Shown piece after piece: positions 1 to 10,227 of a stretch of 64,000 nt of DNA (position 1 is its first letter; each line of letters starts with the position of its first letter). The notes under the pieces were generated by a model. The model did not search any database. It was not told the origin of the DNA and saw nothing but the letters and a program-made list of their open reading frames with translations. Location: NCBI GenBank assembly GCA_046483985.1, contig JAWOCD010000005.1:30862-94861 (forward strand), read 5' to 3'. This DNA is from Promethearchaeia archaeon. Lineage in GTDB: Archaea; Asgardarchaeota; Lokiarchaeia; Sigyniarchaeales; SOKP01. The position numbers and the translations under genes are program-made.

Positions 1-2
1 TT

Positions 3-911
3 GTGTTCTTTTGGGTGGTCAGGTTTTTATCGGGTTTTGGATTAGTTCTGGCAGTAGCGCGTGGATTTTTACTCCTTCTTGATAAGGCTGGTAATAAACT
101 GGGAAAAAAGGGGACAAATGTTCTTATAGTGATTGAAATTATTATACCTGTCTTTTTAATCGGATACGGCATTTATAAAATCATGTCAAGTTATGCGGCC
201 CGAGCAGTCATTACTCAGACGGGACTCTTGTTATGGTTCGATAACATTATTTATATCTATGGTATTGCCTCTCTATTGCTGAATTTATATATCATACCGT
301 TAATTAGCGAACAATTTCAAAAAGCAGTTGAGTTAGGAAAAGCATCAAGTATTAAAAAAGGTGCCAAAAAAGTTGCCCGGAAGGTGAAAAAGAAATACTT
401 CACCCTTCGGAAGAAATACGCTAAAGCCCAAGTGCAAGATCAGATGACAGTGCGGGATATTTTAGATCTCTGGCGTAACAAATTCTCGGTCATTCTTCTT
501 CTTGTGCTTTCTATTGGTGCTTTTCTTTTTATGCCCGTCGCATTTGTGTGCGTAATGTTTTGGCTAAGATTATATGTATTCTTCAGAAACCCGACCCAAC
601 GCTTTGAAAAAATTTTCCTTTTAATTTCAATGATCTTTATTGGACTGGTTGCCTCTATTGCCTCTCTCCCATTCATTCAGTTTGGACTGTTAAATGAACT
701 TTTCACCAGTATCGAATATTATTACTGGACAGTAGATCTGTTCTACTTAGTGGGAATCTGTATCGCCACATTCATTTTCGTTAAGAAACTGTTGAATCTG
801 CAGGGAATCACCCTCAGGGCACTAAAGATGTGGAGAAAAGAGAAAAAAATTGATCAACTTACCCAAGAAAAAGAACAATTGAAAAGACAATTAGAGGAGA
901 AAAAGGAATAA
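3..911 (+). CDS. Multi-pass membrane protein with charged C-terminal coiled-coil tail; possibly 5'-truncated by the window edge
   Basis: The ORF is open from the window edge. It has several hydrophobic helices (e.g. VILLLVLSIGAFLFMPVAFVCVMFWL) and a C-terminal KEKKIDQLTQEKEQLKRQLEEKKE. I recognise no family. Confidence 0.5.
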   Translation: MFFWVVRFLSGFGLVLAVARGFLLLLDKAGNKLGKKGTNVLIVIEIIIPVFLIGYGIYKIMSSYAARAVITQTGLLLWFDNIIYIYGIASLLLNLYIIPLISEQFQKAVELGKASSIKKGAKKVARKVKKKYFTLRKKYAKAQVQDQMTVRDILDLWRNKFSVILLLVLSIGAFLFMPVAFVCVMFWLRLYVFFRNPTQRFEKIFLLISMIFIGLVASIASLPFIQFGLLNELFTSIEYYYWTVDLFYLVGICIATFIFVKKLLNLQGITLRALKMWRKEKKIDQLTQEKEQLKRQLEEKKE

Positions 912-1178
912 AACCTTAGACAATAATATTTATTTTTTTATTTGATTTCTTTTTTTTCCTCCATTCTATTTCTTTATTTATCACGACATTCTAAAAGAAT
1001 AAGGTTAGATTTATGGAATTTATAAATAAAATATAAATTAATTGCTTTATTTATTAGATGTAAGTTTAAAAAAAAATAAATTTAAAACAAAACAAAATTT
1101 AAAGGTCTATTATTGTTTTGAACATGCAATATGTGTGTAATGGACCAACAAAATAATTTAAAAAGAGGTTTATGACTT

Positions 1179-1895
1179 ATGTTTCAGCAAAAAGGACGCG
1201 GCTATGATAGGGCAATAACTCAATTTTCTCCGGAAGGTCGGCTCTTTCAAGTCGAATATGCTATTGAAGCAGTTCGCCGGGGAACTACAGCAATTGTGTG
1301 TAAAAATGAAAATTCTGTTGTGTTTGCTGTGGAAAAGAAAAGCTCAGAACTTCAATCCGAGAATATTGGTTCTGAAAAGATTTTCAAGATAGATGATCAT
1401 ATCGGTGTCGCGATCGCGGGTCTTACCGCAGATGCACGAGTTCTAATCGATCGTGCTCGAGTACAAGCGCAAGTTAATCGATTATCGTATGATGAGAAAA
1501 TCTCTGTGAAGGACGTGACTTTAAATATCTGCGAATATAAACAGCAGTTCACGCAGAACGCAGGCGTAAGACCCTTTGGCGTTTCATTATTGGTCGCCGG
1601 TATAGATGCTGACGGCCCTTCTTTATATTTAACCGACCCCAGTGGAGCCATGTGGGGGTATAAGTCTTTCGCTATAGGCTCGGGAGCGGATGAGGCTCGA
1701 ACTTACCTTGAAGAAAACTATGATGAAGAAATTAGCGATGAGGAATTAAAGATTTTACCTCTCAAGGCGTTGAAGGAAATTATGGGTGATGATTTAAATA
1801 AAAATGCATGTGATGTAGCATTTATTCTGAAAGAAGATGTCACTTTTAAATTATTAAACTTGGAAGAGAAAGAAGAATTACTCGAAAAACTTTAA
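1179..1895 (+). CDS. psmA: Proteasome subunit alpha
   Basis: The N-terminal hallmark YDRAITQFSPEGRLFQVEYAIEAV is present. The length is 238 aa. A GAGGT Shine-Dalgarno-like element lies about 10 nt upstream. It is the first gene of the exosome superoperon. Confidence 0.95.
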   Translation: MFQQKGRGYDRAITQFSPEGRLFQVEYAIEAVRRGTTAIVCKNENSVVFAVEKKSSELQSENIGSEKIFKIDDHIGVAIAGLTADARVLIDRARVQAQVNRLSYDEKISVKDVTLNICEYKQQFTQNAGVRPFGVSLLVAGIDADGPSLYLTDPSGAMWGYKSFAIGSGADEARTYLEENYDEEISDEELKILPLKALKEIMGDDLNKNACDVAFILKEDVTFKLLNLEEKEELLEKL

Positions 1896-2039
1896 TCAGA
1901 TGTTAGAACAGATTAATTTCATTTTAAGCATATCAAGGTCAAAGATTAATTTCATTCTCTTTTCACCTTTTACGATTATAGGAAAAGGGATTAATTAAAA
2001 ATAAAAATTAGAATATCGTCTGAAATTTGTGAAAAATAA

Positions 2040-2828
2040 ATGATTGATCGAGGCAGAATTGATTTAGGAAAACACATTATTGGTCATTTAGAAAAAGGGG
2101 GAAGAACTTTTGAGATGTTAATGGACCCCGAAAAAGCGTGGAAAGCAAGAAAGATAATTCGTGAAGAAATCAATTCCCGATTAAAAGAGGGTAAGCAAAA
2201 ATCTCGGCTCACCGTTGAAGATGTTAAAAAGGATCCTCGGCTAGATTTAGATTTAATATTTGAAAGTTTTATTGTGTTTGAAGATCTTAGACGGGGTAAA
2301 AAGGCGACCAATGGAGATATGGAGGCAGTATTTGATACGAGTGATGGAGCAGATATCGGAGCGCATATCCTGCTGGAAGGAAAGATACATTGGACAAAGG
2401 CTCAGCGAGAAGAAGAGCGTAACAAAAAACTTAAGCAGATCATTAATATTATTAGCAAGAACGCAATTAACCCTCAAAATAAAAAACCGCATCCGCCAGA
2501 GAGAATTGAAAAAGCAATAGAAGAGGCCAATATCAACATTGATTTAATGAAAAATGCGGAAGAACAAGTGGATGACATTGTTAAAAAATTGCAGACGATT
2601 ATTCCAATTCGGATGGAACAAGCCGAATTAGCAATTAAGATCCCATCTTCTTATACTGCTAAAGGGTATAATGTAGTTGCTCAATTATCGCAAATAAAAA
2701 AAGAAGAATGGCAAAAAGACGGATCTTGGGTTTCGGTGGTAAGTTTACCAGCAGGTTTACAAATGGAATTAATTGACAAGTTAAATAAGTTAACACACGG
2801 GCGTGTTCAGACAAAACCTTTAAAGTAA
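2040..2828 (+). CDS. sdo1: Ribosome maturation protein SBDS/Sdo1
   Basis: An FYSH-domain-like N-terminus (GGRTFEMLMDPEKAWKARK) is present. Its conserved position is between psmA and rrp4. Confidence 0.85.
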   Translation: MIDRGRIDLGKHIIGHLEKGGRTFEMLMDPEKAWKARKIIREEINSRLKEGKQKSRLTVEDVKKDPRLDLDLIFESFIVFEDLRRGKKATNGDMEAVFDTSDGADIGAHILLEGKIHWTKAQREEERNKKLKQIINIISKNAINPQNKKPHPPERIEKAIEEANINIDLMKNAEEQVDDIVKKLQTIIPIRMEQAELAIKIPSSYTAKGYNVVAQLSQIKKEEWQKDGSWVSVVSLPAGLQMELIDKLNKLTHGRVQTKPLK

Positions 2829-2917
2829 AATTCCTAAAAACGAATAAATAAATATCTTAAATTAATATTATTTTTTAGGAATAAGGAACTACATAATAAT
2901 TTAGAGTGTGAATAGAA

Positions 2918-3805
2918 TTGAACAGTCAAGAAGATTCAGACGAAAATCAAGATGCTGAGGAAATAGATAAGGACGAATATGATGAAGACGAGCAAGTTGA
3001 GGAGGATTACGAAGAAAATGGAGAATACGACGAAACTCAAGACGATGCCCACGATGAGGATGAAGAGGAGTACGAAGATGTTGACGATGAGGACGATAAT
3101 CTAAGAGATATCGTTGTTCCGGGAGAGACGCTTACAGAGGACCTTGACACTTACAAACCAGGTAGAGGCACCATAATTAATAAAACAGAGAATAAGATTA
3201 TTTCTCTTTATATTGGGCTTAAAAATATCAAAAATAACTACATTAATGTCATCCCCTTACGAGGAATATACACGCCGAAAGTTGGAGATAAAGTAATTGC
3301 GATAGTGGTTGATAAGAACCCCGTGAAATATAAGTGTGACATTAATGCGAAATATAAAGCTCAATTGAGACCTAAAAATACCGTGAAACAGGGTAAATTT
3401 CGAAGAAAAAAACGGAAAAGAATGGATACTTCCAAATACGATCTTGGCGATGTATTAGTTGCGAAGGTTATTTCAGCTAATAGATTGAATAAACCGAGGT
3501 TAACAACTGTTGGAAAATACTTGGGTAAAAAATCAGGAGGAGTTGTTATCAACATTGATCCTCCGAAAATACCCCGAGTGATTGGCCGCAACGGTTCGAT
3601 GATAAAAATGTTAAAGCGAATGACAAATTCAAATATTTTTGTAACTCAAAATGGTCGAATCTGGCTTAAAGGGGATAGCCCCGCAAATGAACGTTTGCTA
3701 ATTGATGCAATAAATAAAATTCAAAGGGAAGCGCACACCAGTGGTTTAACTGATCGTGTGCAAGCCTATATAGAAAGCGAAAAACAAAAAAGAGGGATTG
3801 ATTAA
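2918..3805 (+). CDS. rrp4: Exosome complex RNA-binding subunit Rrp4 with an approximately 60 aa D/E-rich N-terminal extension
   Basis: The N-terminal domain (IVVPGETL), S1 domain (GDKVIAIVVD) and KH domain (RVIGRNGSMIKMLK) are present. The only in-frame starts after the upstream TGA (2909) are ATA (2912) and TTG (2918). Confidence 0.85.
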   Translation: MNSQEDSDENQDAEEIDKDEYDEDEQVEEDYEENGEYDETQDDAHDEDEEEYEDVDDEDDNLRDIVVPGETLTEDLDTYKPGRGTIINKTENKIISLYIGLKNIKNNYINVIPLRGIYTPKVGDKVIAIVVDKNPVKYKCDINAKYKAQLRPKNTVKQGKFRRKKRKRMDTSKYDLGDVLVAKVISANRLNKPRLTTVGKYLGKKSGGVVINIDPPKIPRVIGRNGSMIKMLKRMTNSNIFVTQNGRIWLKGDSPANERLLIDAINKIQREAHTSGLTDRVQAYIESEKQKRGID

Positions 3806-3808
3806 ACA

Positions 3809-4591
3809 ATGACGTTATTAGTTAAGGATGAATATCCAGAAAAGTTATTTCAAGAAGATGGAAAAAGACTTGATGGTCGAGATAAAAAACAGCTGCGACC
3901 GATTAGTTTTGATGTTGGAGTAATTCCAAATGCTGATGGTAGCGCATATTTAGAATGGGGAAACAATAAAATCTTTGCAGCAGTGTACGGACCTAAAGAG
4001 GTTCACCCACGTCATATAGCTAAATCTGATCGTGGAATATTACGTATATTTTACCGAATGGCGACATTTTCTGTGTTTGACAGAAAGCGTCCTGCTCCTG
4101 GTCGAAGGGAGAAGGAAATTTCAATGGTTGTTTCTGATTGTTTAGAACCTGTACTATTTCTTGAATTATATCCTCAAACATGTTTTGAGATATACATAGA
4201 AGTAATTGATGCCGATGGAGGAACTCGGTGTGCAAGCACTACTGTTGCGGCTTTAGCGTTAGCCGATGCAGGAGTTCCTATGAAAAGTTTGGTAACCGCT
4301 CTTGCAGTTGGAAAAATTGATGGTGAATTGGTTGTAGATCTCTCGGGAATCGAAGATAAGGCAGGAGAAGCGGATTTGCCGGTTGCAGTTACATGGTTTA
4401 ACGAAGAACTTTCTTTGTTGCAATTTGATGGGGAAATATCTATGGATGAACTTAACACATTATTGGACTATGCTGAAGATGCGTTACAAAAAGTATACGA
4501 AAAACAAAAAGAGGCATTGAAATCGAAATATATTGATATTCAATTAGAAACTAAAAAAGAACTTGAAGAAACTCAAGGAGGAGAAGAATAA
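3809..4591 (+). CDS. rrp41: Exosome complex exonuclease Rrp41 (RNase PH fold)
   Basis: It contains RLDGRDKKQLRPISFDVGVIPNADGSAYLEWGNNKIFAAVYGP. It starts 4 nt after the rrp4 stop. Confidence 0.9.
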   Translation: MTLLVKDEYPEKLFQEDGKRLDGRDKKQLRPISFDVGVIPNADGSAYLEWGNNKIFAAVYGPKEVHPRHIAKSDRGILRIFYRMATFSVFDRKRPAPGRREKEISMVVSDCLEPVLFLELYPQTCFEIYIEVIDADGGTRCASTTVAALALADAGVPMKSLVTALAVGKIDGELVVDLSGIEDKAGEADLPVAVTWFNEELSLLQFDGEISMDELNTLLDYAEDALQKVYEKQKEALKSKYIDIQLETKKELEETQGGEE

Positions 4592-4593
4592 AA

Positions 4594-5424
4594 ATGATGG
4601 ACGTTAAACGCGTAATCTCGACTATTGAGAAAAATCATATCAAAAAGAACCTTAAGGACGGAGTGCGAATTGATGAGAGAGGTCTTTGGGAATTTAGAGA
4701 GATTGAAGTGAATACGGACGTAGTCGCTGCAGCAGAAGGATCCTCCGATGTAAAAATCGGAGATACACGGATTATGACTGGTCTTAAATATGATATTGGG
4801 ACTCCATATCCCGACTTACCCGATGAAGGAGTATGTACCGTAATGGCAGAATTACTTCCATTAGCTTCACCCTTATTTGAACGAGGTCCTCCAGATGAGC
4901 AATCCATTGAATTGGCAAGGGTAGTGGATCGGGGTATAAGACATGCCGACTGTATTCAAACCAAAAATCTATGTGTCAAGGAAGAGGAAGCTGTATATAT
5001 CTTATTTCTTGATATGTATGTCATCAATTATGCTGGTAATTTGATTGATTGTGGAGGATTAGGGGGACTCATGGCCCTAATTTCAGCACAACTTCCCGAA
5101 GGAAAGTGGAATGAAGAAACAGAAGAGCCCGAATGGACTGGAAATTATATCAAACCGGAAAATCTGGTGAATGAACTTCCAATAGCCATTACTTTTGGGA
5201 AGATCGAGGATATGTTATTCGTGGATCCGTCTCTTCCCGAAGAGTTAGTGGCCGATGGAACTGTTACCTTCTCTTGCACCGAGGAAAACATAACTTCTAT
5301 CCAGAAATCAGGTTCAGCAACCTTTACTTTTGACGAGATAAGAGAACTGGGAAAAAAATCACTGGAAATTTCGAAAGATCTCAGAAATCAATTAGATCCT
5401 TGGCAATACAAATCAGAAATCTAA
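4594..5424 (+). CDS. rrp42: Exosome complex subunit Rrp42 (RNase PH-like)
   Basis: It contains RIDERGLWEFREIEVNTDVVAAAEGSSDVKIGDTRIMTG. It starts 3 nt after the rrp41 stop. Confidence 0.9.
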   Translation: MMDVKRVISTIEKNHIKKNLKDGVRIDERGLWEFREIEVNTDVVAAAEGSSDVKIGDTRIMTGLKYDIGTPYPDLPDEGVCTVMAELLPLASPLFERGPPDEQSIELARVVDRGIRHADCIQTKNLCVKEEEAVYILFLDMYVINYAGNLIDCGGLGGLMALISAQLPEGKWNEETEEPEWTGNYIKPENLVNELPIAITFGKIEDMLFVDPSLPEELVADGTVTFSCTEENITSIQKSGSATFTFDEIRELGKKSLEISKDLRNQLDPWQYKSEI

Positions 5425-5551
5425 AAAAAAATCAAACAATTTTTTTATAATCTCAATTTTTGCTTATTTTTTAATTGCCAAATTTAATAAAAAATTCTTC
5501 CTTTTAAATTAATATAATCTTTAATCTATATGAGAAATTGAACTGGTTGAC

Positions 5552-5854
5552 ATGAAAAAGAAAAAGAAACTGCGGAAAGTTGGGATTACCGGCAAATACG
5601 GTCCTAGATATGGAGCCGTTGTAAGGAAAAGAGCAAGAGCGTTAATGGAAGGAATGAAGGCGGAAGATGTTAGATGTCCGCGCTGTGCTACAAAGGGGAA
5701 GCTAGAGAGAGTCTCAACGGGGATCTGGCATTGTGCAAAGTGTGATGTAAAGTTTACAGGAGGCGCTTATTTAAGCAAAACAGAACGTGGAAGAGAGTCA
5801 TTTAGAATAGCAAATCGGAAAAATAGAGAATTAAAGAACAAAGAAGAATCATGA
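5552..5854 (+). CDS. rpl37ae: Ribosomal protein eL43 (L37ae)
   Basis: It has KKVGITGKYGPRYG plus the zinc ribbon CPRCATKGKLERVSTGIWHCAKCDVKFTGGAY. Confidence 0.9.
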   Translation: MKKKKKLRKVGITGKYGPRYGAVVRKRARALMEGMKAEDVRCPRCATKGKLERVSTGIWHCAKCDVKFTGGAYLSKTERGRESFRIANRKNRELKNKEES

Positions 5855-6114
5855 ATCATGAACCTCTTTCTATAAGAACTTCCACACAAATTTCTTTCCC
5901 TTCTCAGAAAATATGTAATTCTTGTTATAAATCATTTTTACCGGAATTAAATGAATTTCAGACAGATCGGTCAACAATAACTATGAAGAAAGCAGAAAAT
6001 TGTATAATTTTTGATATAAAGTGTAAGGATATCACCGCTTTTCGAGCAACAATGAGTTCTGTTATCGGGTTTGGAAAAATTTATGAAAAAATTTATGATT
6101 TATGTAAAAAATAA
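5851..6114 (+). CDS. pcc1: KEOPS subunit Pcc1-like
   Basis: The protein is 87 aa. The pattern SFLPEL...IIFDIKCKDITAFRATMSSVIGFGKIY matches the Pcc1/CTAG family consensus. ATGA start/stop overlap with rpl37ae. The superoperon position is conserved. Confidence 0.6.
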   Translation: MNHEPLSIRTSTQISFPSQKICNSCYKSFLPELNEFQTDRSTITMKKAENCIIFDIKCKDITAFRATMSSVIGFGKIYEKIYDLCKK

Positions 6115-6204
6115 TTTTATAGATTAAATGATAATGGAAATTAACAGATTAAAAAAAAATAAATATTAACAAATAAATACTTTATTAAAGTGTAGGTTTT
6201 TAAT

Positions 6205-6561
6205 ATGTCCATAAATCTTGATAATTATAGCGATGAAGTGAAAAAGAAAATTCAGTCTTTACAAAATTTACAACAGAGCCTTGAATTTTTAAGTAACCAA
6301 AGGATGCAAATTCAAAGTAATTTACGAGAGACTGAACAAGCAATTGAAATTCTGGAGAAAACAGATGAAGACGAAGTAGTATATAAATCGATTGGTGGAA
6401 TCATGGTAAAATCTGATCAAAAAAAACTTCTTGATGAAAAAAAGTCGCTTAAAGTTACTCTTGAAATGCGATCAAAAACGGTTCAACAGAAGGTTGATAG
6501 AACTAAAAAACAATTAGAAAATTTGCGACAATCACTCCAGTCTGAACTTCAAAACCAATAA
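6205..6561 (+). CDS. pfdB: Prefoldin subunit beta
   Basis: The protein is 118 aa with two coiled-coil arms flanking VYKSIGGIMVKSD. This is the usual superoperon neighbour. Confidence 0.8.
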   Translation: MSINLDNYSDEVKKKIQSLQNLQQSLEFLSNQRMQIQSNLRETEQAIEILEKTDEDEVVYKSIGGIMVKSDQKKLLDEKKSLKVTLEMRSKTVQQKVDRTKKQLENLRQSLQSELQNQ

Positions 6562-6638
6562 TTTGCTATCTTTTTTACTCTCTCTCCCTTAACTCTATTT
6601 TTATTTTATCTATCTTGAAAAAGCCAATTTGATCGAGA

Positions 6639-7670
6639 ATGATAATTGAGGATAAAATCAAAAAGCTGATAAAATATCTTCGGAACAAACAGATTTTAAT
6701 TTTGACTCACCATTCCGCAGATATTGACGCGCTAAGTTCTTGTTATTTGTTCCACCATGTACTAAAAGAAATCTTTGAGCCTAAGACTTTAGATTTATAT
6801 TTTTCAAGCATTTCAAGGACAACGAGGCAGTTTATGGATCAGTTCATTTCCTCCTTTCCAAACTTTAGTTTTGACATGAAGAAGACTATAGACCAACAAG
6901 ACTATGATATTATTATAATTATAGACACCAACAATCTGAATCAAGTTGAAGGAATTTCTTTTTCAAACGATCCTTCTAATTTAGACTATCTTTTTATCGA
7001 CCATCATGCGAATTTAGGGCAACAAACCATTCGTAGTATATCAGAATATAATATAATTGATGACTATTATTCGTCTGCGTCTGAAATTATCTTTGAAATT
7101 GTAAAAGTATATCAGCTTAATTTAAGTATTCCTTTGAAATTCTTGACTATTTCGGGAATACTTGTTGATTCTGGTTTTTTTAAGTTTGCAAATAATCATA
7201 CCATTCACACCTGTTCTCAATTATTGGATGAAGATTTTACGATTTATGATGTCTATTCAATGCTTGAGTTTGAAGAGGATATTTCCCAAAAGATCGCCAG
7301 AATAAAGGGTTTGCAACGTTTAAATTTAATACGCCATGGTGATTATCTCCTCGGTATAACTCATATTGGAAGTTTTGAATCCGTGGTTGCATCGAATATC
7401 ATCAAGAACGGATTGGATATCATAATCGTGTATTCAAAAAAAGCTGAATCACGATTTCGGATTACAACGAGAGCGAAAAGAAAGATTTGCAAATCGACTG
7501 AACTTCACTTAGGAAAATTATTAAACGAAACATCAAAAAAATATCATGCAAATGGAGGCGGACATGATGGTGCAGCGTCGATGAATTTACGGAAGACTTC
7601 AGAGGTGGAGATTGAAAAGCTGCTTGATGAGCTAATACAACAAATAAAACAAATTTTAAATGAATCCTAA
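6639..7670 (+). CDS. DHH/DHHA1 family phosphoesterase (NrnA-like)
   Basis: DHH motifs are HHSADIDALSS, IIIDTNN and FIDHH. The DHHA1 motif is GGGHDGAAS. Confidence 0.75.
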   Translation: MIIEDKIKKLIKYLRNKQILILTHHSADIDALSSCYLFHHVLKEIFEPKTLDLYFSSISRTTRQFMDQFISSFPNFSFDMKKTIDQQDYDIIIIIDTNNLNQVEGISFSNDPSNLDYLFIDHHANLGQQTIRSISEYNIIDDYYSSASEIIFEIVKVYQLNLSIPLKFLTISGILVDSGFFKFANNHTIHTCSQLLDEDFTIYDVYSMLEFEEDISQKIARIKGLQRLNLIRHGDYLLGITHIGSFESVVASNIIKNGLDIIIVYSKKAESRFRITTRAKRKICKSTELHLGKLLNETSKKYHANGGGHDGAASMNLRKTSEVEIEKLLDELIQQIKQILNES

Positions 7671-7689
7671 ATTATCTTGAACAAGAAAG

Positions 7690-8535
7690 ATGTCCCTCAT
7701 AAATTTTCATAATTTCTCGTTCCGATACAAGGGAAACACCGATTATGCGATTAAAGATATTAATATCGAAATAGAAAAAAATAAATTCATTTTACTTTGC
7801 GGAGAGACTGGCTCCGGAAAAACGACTTTAATTCGCACTTTAAATGGTTTGATTCCTCAATTTTATGCGGGATATTATAAAGGCTTTGTAGAAGTTAATG
7901 GTCAAAATACAGAAGAGATATCTATCGCTGATTTATCAACAGAAGTGGGCATAGTTTTTCAGAACCCAGAGAATCAATTAATCGCTATGAATGTGGAACA
8001 CGAAATCGTGTTTGGGTTAGAAAATTTGGGATTTCCTTCTGATGAGATTTCAAGACGCCTCAAAAAGAGCGTAAGAATTACGCAAATAGAACACCTTTTA
8101 GATAAACCTCCATTTGAGTTAAGCGGAGGGGAGCAACAAAGAGTGGCCATTGCCTCGATTATCGCCTTAGATCCAGATATTCTGGTATTAGATGAACCCA
8201 CTTCTCTTTTGGATCCTTTTATGGCAAAAAGAATTTTAGAATTATTAAATGAAATTCAAAAAAAAAGAGATATGACGGTAATCATAAGCGAACATAGAAT
8301 GGATTTAGTCCTACCCTTTGTGGATGAAATCATATTGATGAAGAAGGGTCGGGTATTTGACCAAGGTGAAGCCCATAAGATAATAAACGGAGATAAATTT
8401 CAGCGGGTAAAAATCAATCAACCCAGCATATATAGGGTTTTTAAAAATCTTAAAGAGAAAGGGCTTTATGCAGATAAACTCCCCAGTTCAATTCCAGAGG
8501 CGATAAAGTCTCTTAAACAAAACACACCGATATAA
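7690..8535 (+). CDS. ecfA: ECF transporter ATP-binding protein (EcfA/CbiO)
   Basis: Walker A is GETGSGKTT, the ABC signature is LSGGEQQRVAIA and Walker B is ILVLDEPTS. Confidence 0.9.
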   Translation: MSLINFHNFSFRYKGNTDYAIKDINIEIEKNKFILLCGETGSGKTTLIRTLNGLIPQFYAGYYKGFVEVNGQNTEEISIADLSTEVGIVFQNPENQLIAMNVEHEIVFGLENLGFPSDEISRRLKKSVRITQIEHLLDKPPFELSGGEQQRVAIASIIALDPDILVLDEPTSLLDPFMAKRILELLNEIQKKRDMTVIISEHRMDLVLPFVDEIILMKKGRVFDQGEAHKIINGDKFQRVKINQPSIYRVFKNLKEKGLYADKLPSSIPEAIKSLKQNTPI

Positions 8536-8540
8536 ATGAG

Positions 8541-9404
8541 TTGCAGAATTTGACAGATAACATGAAAAAAAATCACCCGTTAATCACCATTAATAAAGTT
8601 TCATATTCATATACCGAACAAAATAAAGCCTTAGATAATATTAATGTAAATATTTATGCGGGAGAGATTATGGGAATCATGGGGCAGAATGGCGCTGGAA
8701 AAACCACCCTTATCAGAACTCTCAATGGTTTAATAAGACCTTCTAACGGAGATGTGTTTATTGACGGAAAAAACATAGAATTACAAACAATTGCTCAGTT
8801 GTCGGCAAAAGTTGGAATTATTTTCCAGAATCCCTCTCTTCAATTATTTTCAAACACTGTTGAGGATGAAATTAAATTTTCTCTAAAAAATCTTGAATTA
8901 GATCAACAAAAATTAGAGGATAAAACAGAATATTATTTAGATTTATTCGATCTCAAACAATATAGAACTCGTTCTCCCTTAAATTTATCGGGAGGAGAAA
9001 CAAAGAAATTAGCAACCGCTACGATATTATGCAGAGATCCGGATATTTTAGTTTTTGATGAACCAACCCTGGGACAAGATGCAAAGGAAATTGAATTTTT
9101 TGTTAATTTAATTACGGAACAAAAAGAACTTGGAAAGACCATCATTATCGTAACCCATAATATCGAATTTGCCGTTGAATATATTCCCAGAACAATACTC
9201 ATGGCGGACGGAAAAATCCTTGCCGACGGGCCTACTAAAAAAATATTAACCAATAAAGACCTCATTAAAAAATCTTCCTTAATATTACCACAAATATATA
9301 AATTCTGTTTGGAATTAAGGAAACACGGGATCCATTGTCCTGATGATATTTTGCTCAAGGAGGATATGGTTCATTTCTTATCAGAATATTTAAAAAAACA
9401 ATAA
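8541..9404 (+). CDS. ecfA2: ECF transporter ATP-binding protein (EcfA'/CbiO); start may be ATG 8562 rather than TTG 8541
   Basis: Walker A is GQNGAGKTT, the signature is LSGGETKKLATA and Walker B is ILVFDEPTLGQD. Confidence 0.9.
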   Translation: MQNLTDNMKKNHPLITINKVSYSYTEQNKALDNINVNIYAGEIMGIMGQNGAGKTTLIRTLNGLIRPSNGDVFIDGKNIELQTIAQLSAKVGIIFQNPSLQLFSNTVEDEIKFSLKNLELDQQKLEDKTEYYLDLFDLKQYRTRSPLNLSGGETKKLATATILCRDPDILVFDEPTLGQDAKEIEFFVNLITEQKELGKTIIIVTHNIEFAVEYIPRTILMADGKILADGPTKKILTNKDLIKKSSLILPQIYKFCLELRKHGIHCPDDILLKEDMVHFLSEYLKKQ

Positions 9405-9459
9405 ATTCAAAATCTATTATATATTAAATTTATAAAAACAAATACAGACAACTGATTTC

Positions 9460-10227
9460 ATGTCTTTGGATTTTTTTAACGCTTTCCAATTTTTTGAAAA
9501 AGATACCATAATTCATCGTTTAGATCCAAGGACTAAACTTATACTTTCTATTATTTATTCAATTTCCGCTCTTTTATATGTTAATCTTATACCGCTCCTC
9601 CTTCTCTTGTTATCCCTCTTACCGTTCATCTTCTTTGGAAAAATCTTTAAACAATGGTTTAAAAGCATACGGGGTCTTTCCTTTCTATATCTGATTATTT
9701 TAATTTTGAATACATTTTTTCTTTCATTTTCTATGGCAATAGCGATGATTATACGTATTACAATTATGATCTCTGCCTTTTCCATCTTTTTTCTTACTGT
9801 TCATCCTAATGATTTGGCCCTTTCCCTTATTTCTATGGGGATGCCTTACGAGTTTGCTTTTTCTTTCTCTTTATCTTTCCGGTTTGTTCCAACAATAGCC
9901 CGAGAGACCCAAAATATAATGGATGCACAGCAAAGCAGAGGTTATGAAATGCAGAAAAAAGGCCTTATCAATCAAATAAAAAATCTCTTTCCTCTTTTAA
10001 TTCCATTAATAGTCTGCTCTATTAAACGTGCTTTTAAGGTTGCTGAAGCATTAGAATCAAGGTCTTTTGGAAGTCAAAAAGAAAGAACTTTTTATTATAG
10101 AATCGATTTTACCACAAAGGATTGGGTATTAACCTTTTACCTTTTGGCTTTAATTTCGATTTTAATCTATCTTAAAATTCAATTCTCAATTATGCCTGGT
10201 TGGTTTCAATGGAGTTTACCAATATGA
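9460..10227 (+). CDS. ecfT: ECF transporter transmembrane component EcfT (CbiQ family)
   Basis: It is a polytopic membrane protein with the conserved coupling motif RFVPTIARETQNIMDAQQSRG. No S component is present in the window. Confidence 0.8.
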   Translation: MSLDFFNAFQFFEKDTIIHRLDPRTKLILSIIYSISALLYVNLIPLLLLLLSLLPFIFFGKIFKQWFKSIRGLSFLYLIILILNTFFLSFSMAIAMIIRITIMISAFSIFFLTVHPNDLALSLISMGMPYEFAFSFSLSFRFVPTIARETQNIMDAQQSRGYEMQKKGLINQIKNLFPLLIPLIVCSIKRAFKVAEALESRSFGSQKERTFYYRIDFTTKDWVLTFYLLALISILIYLKIQFSIMPGWFQWSLPI

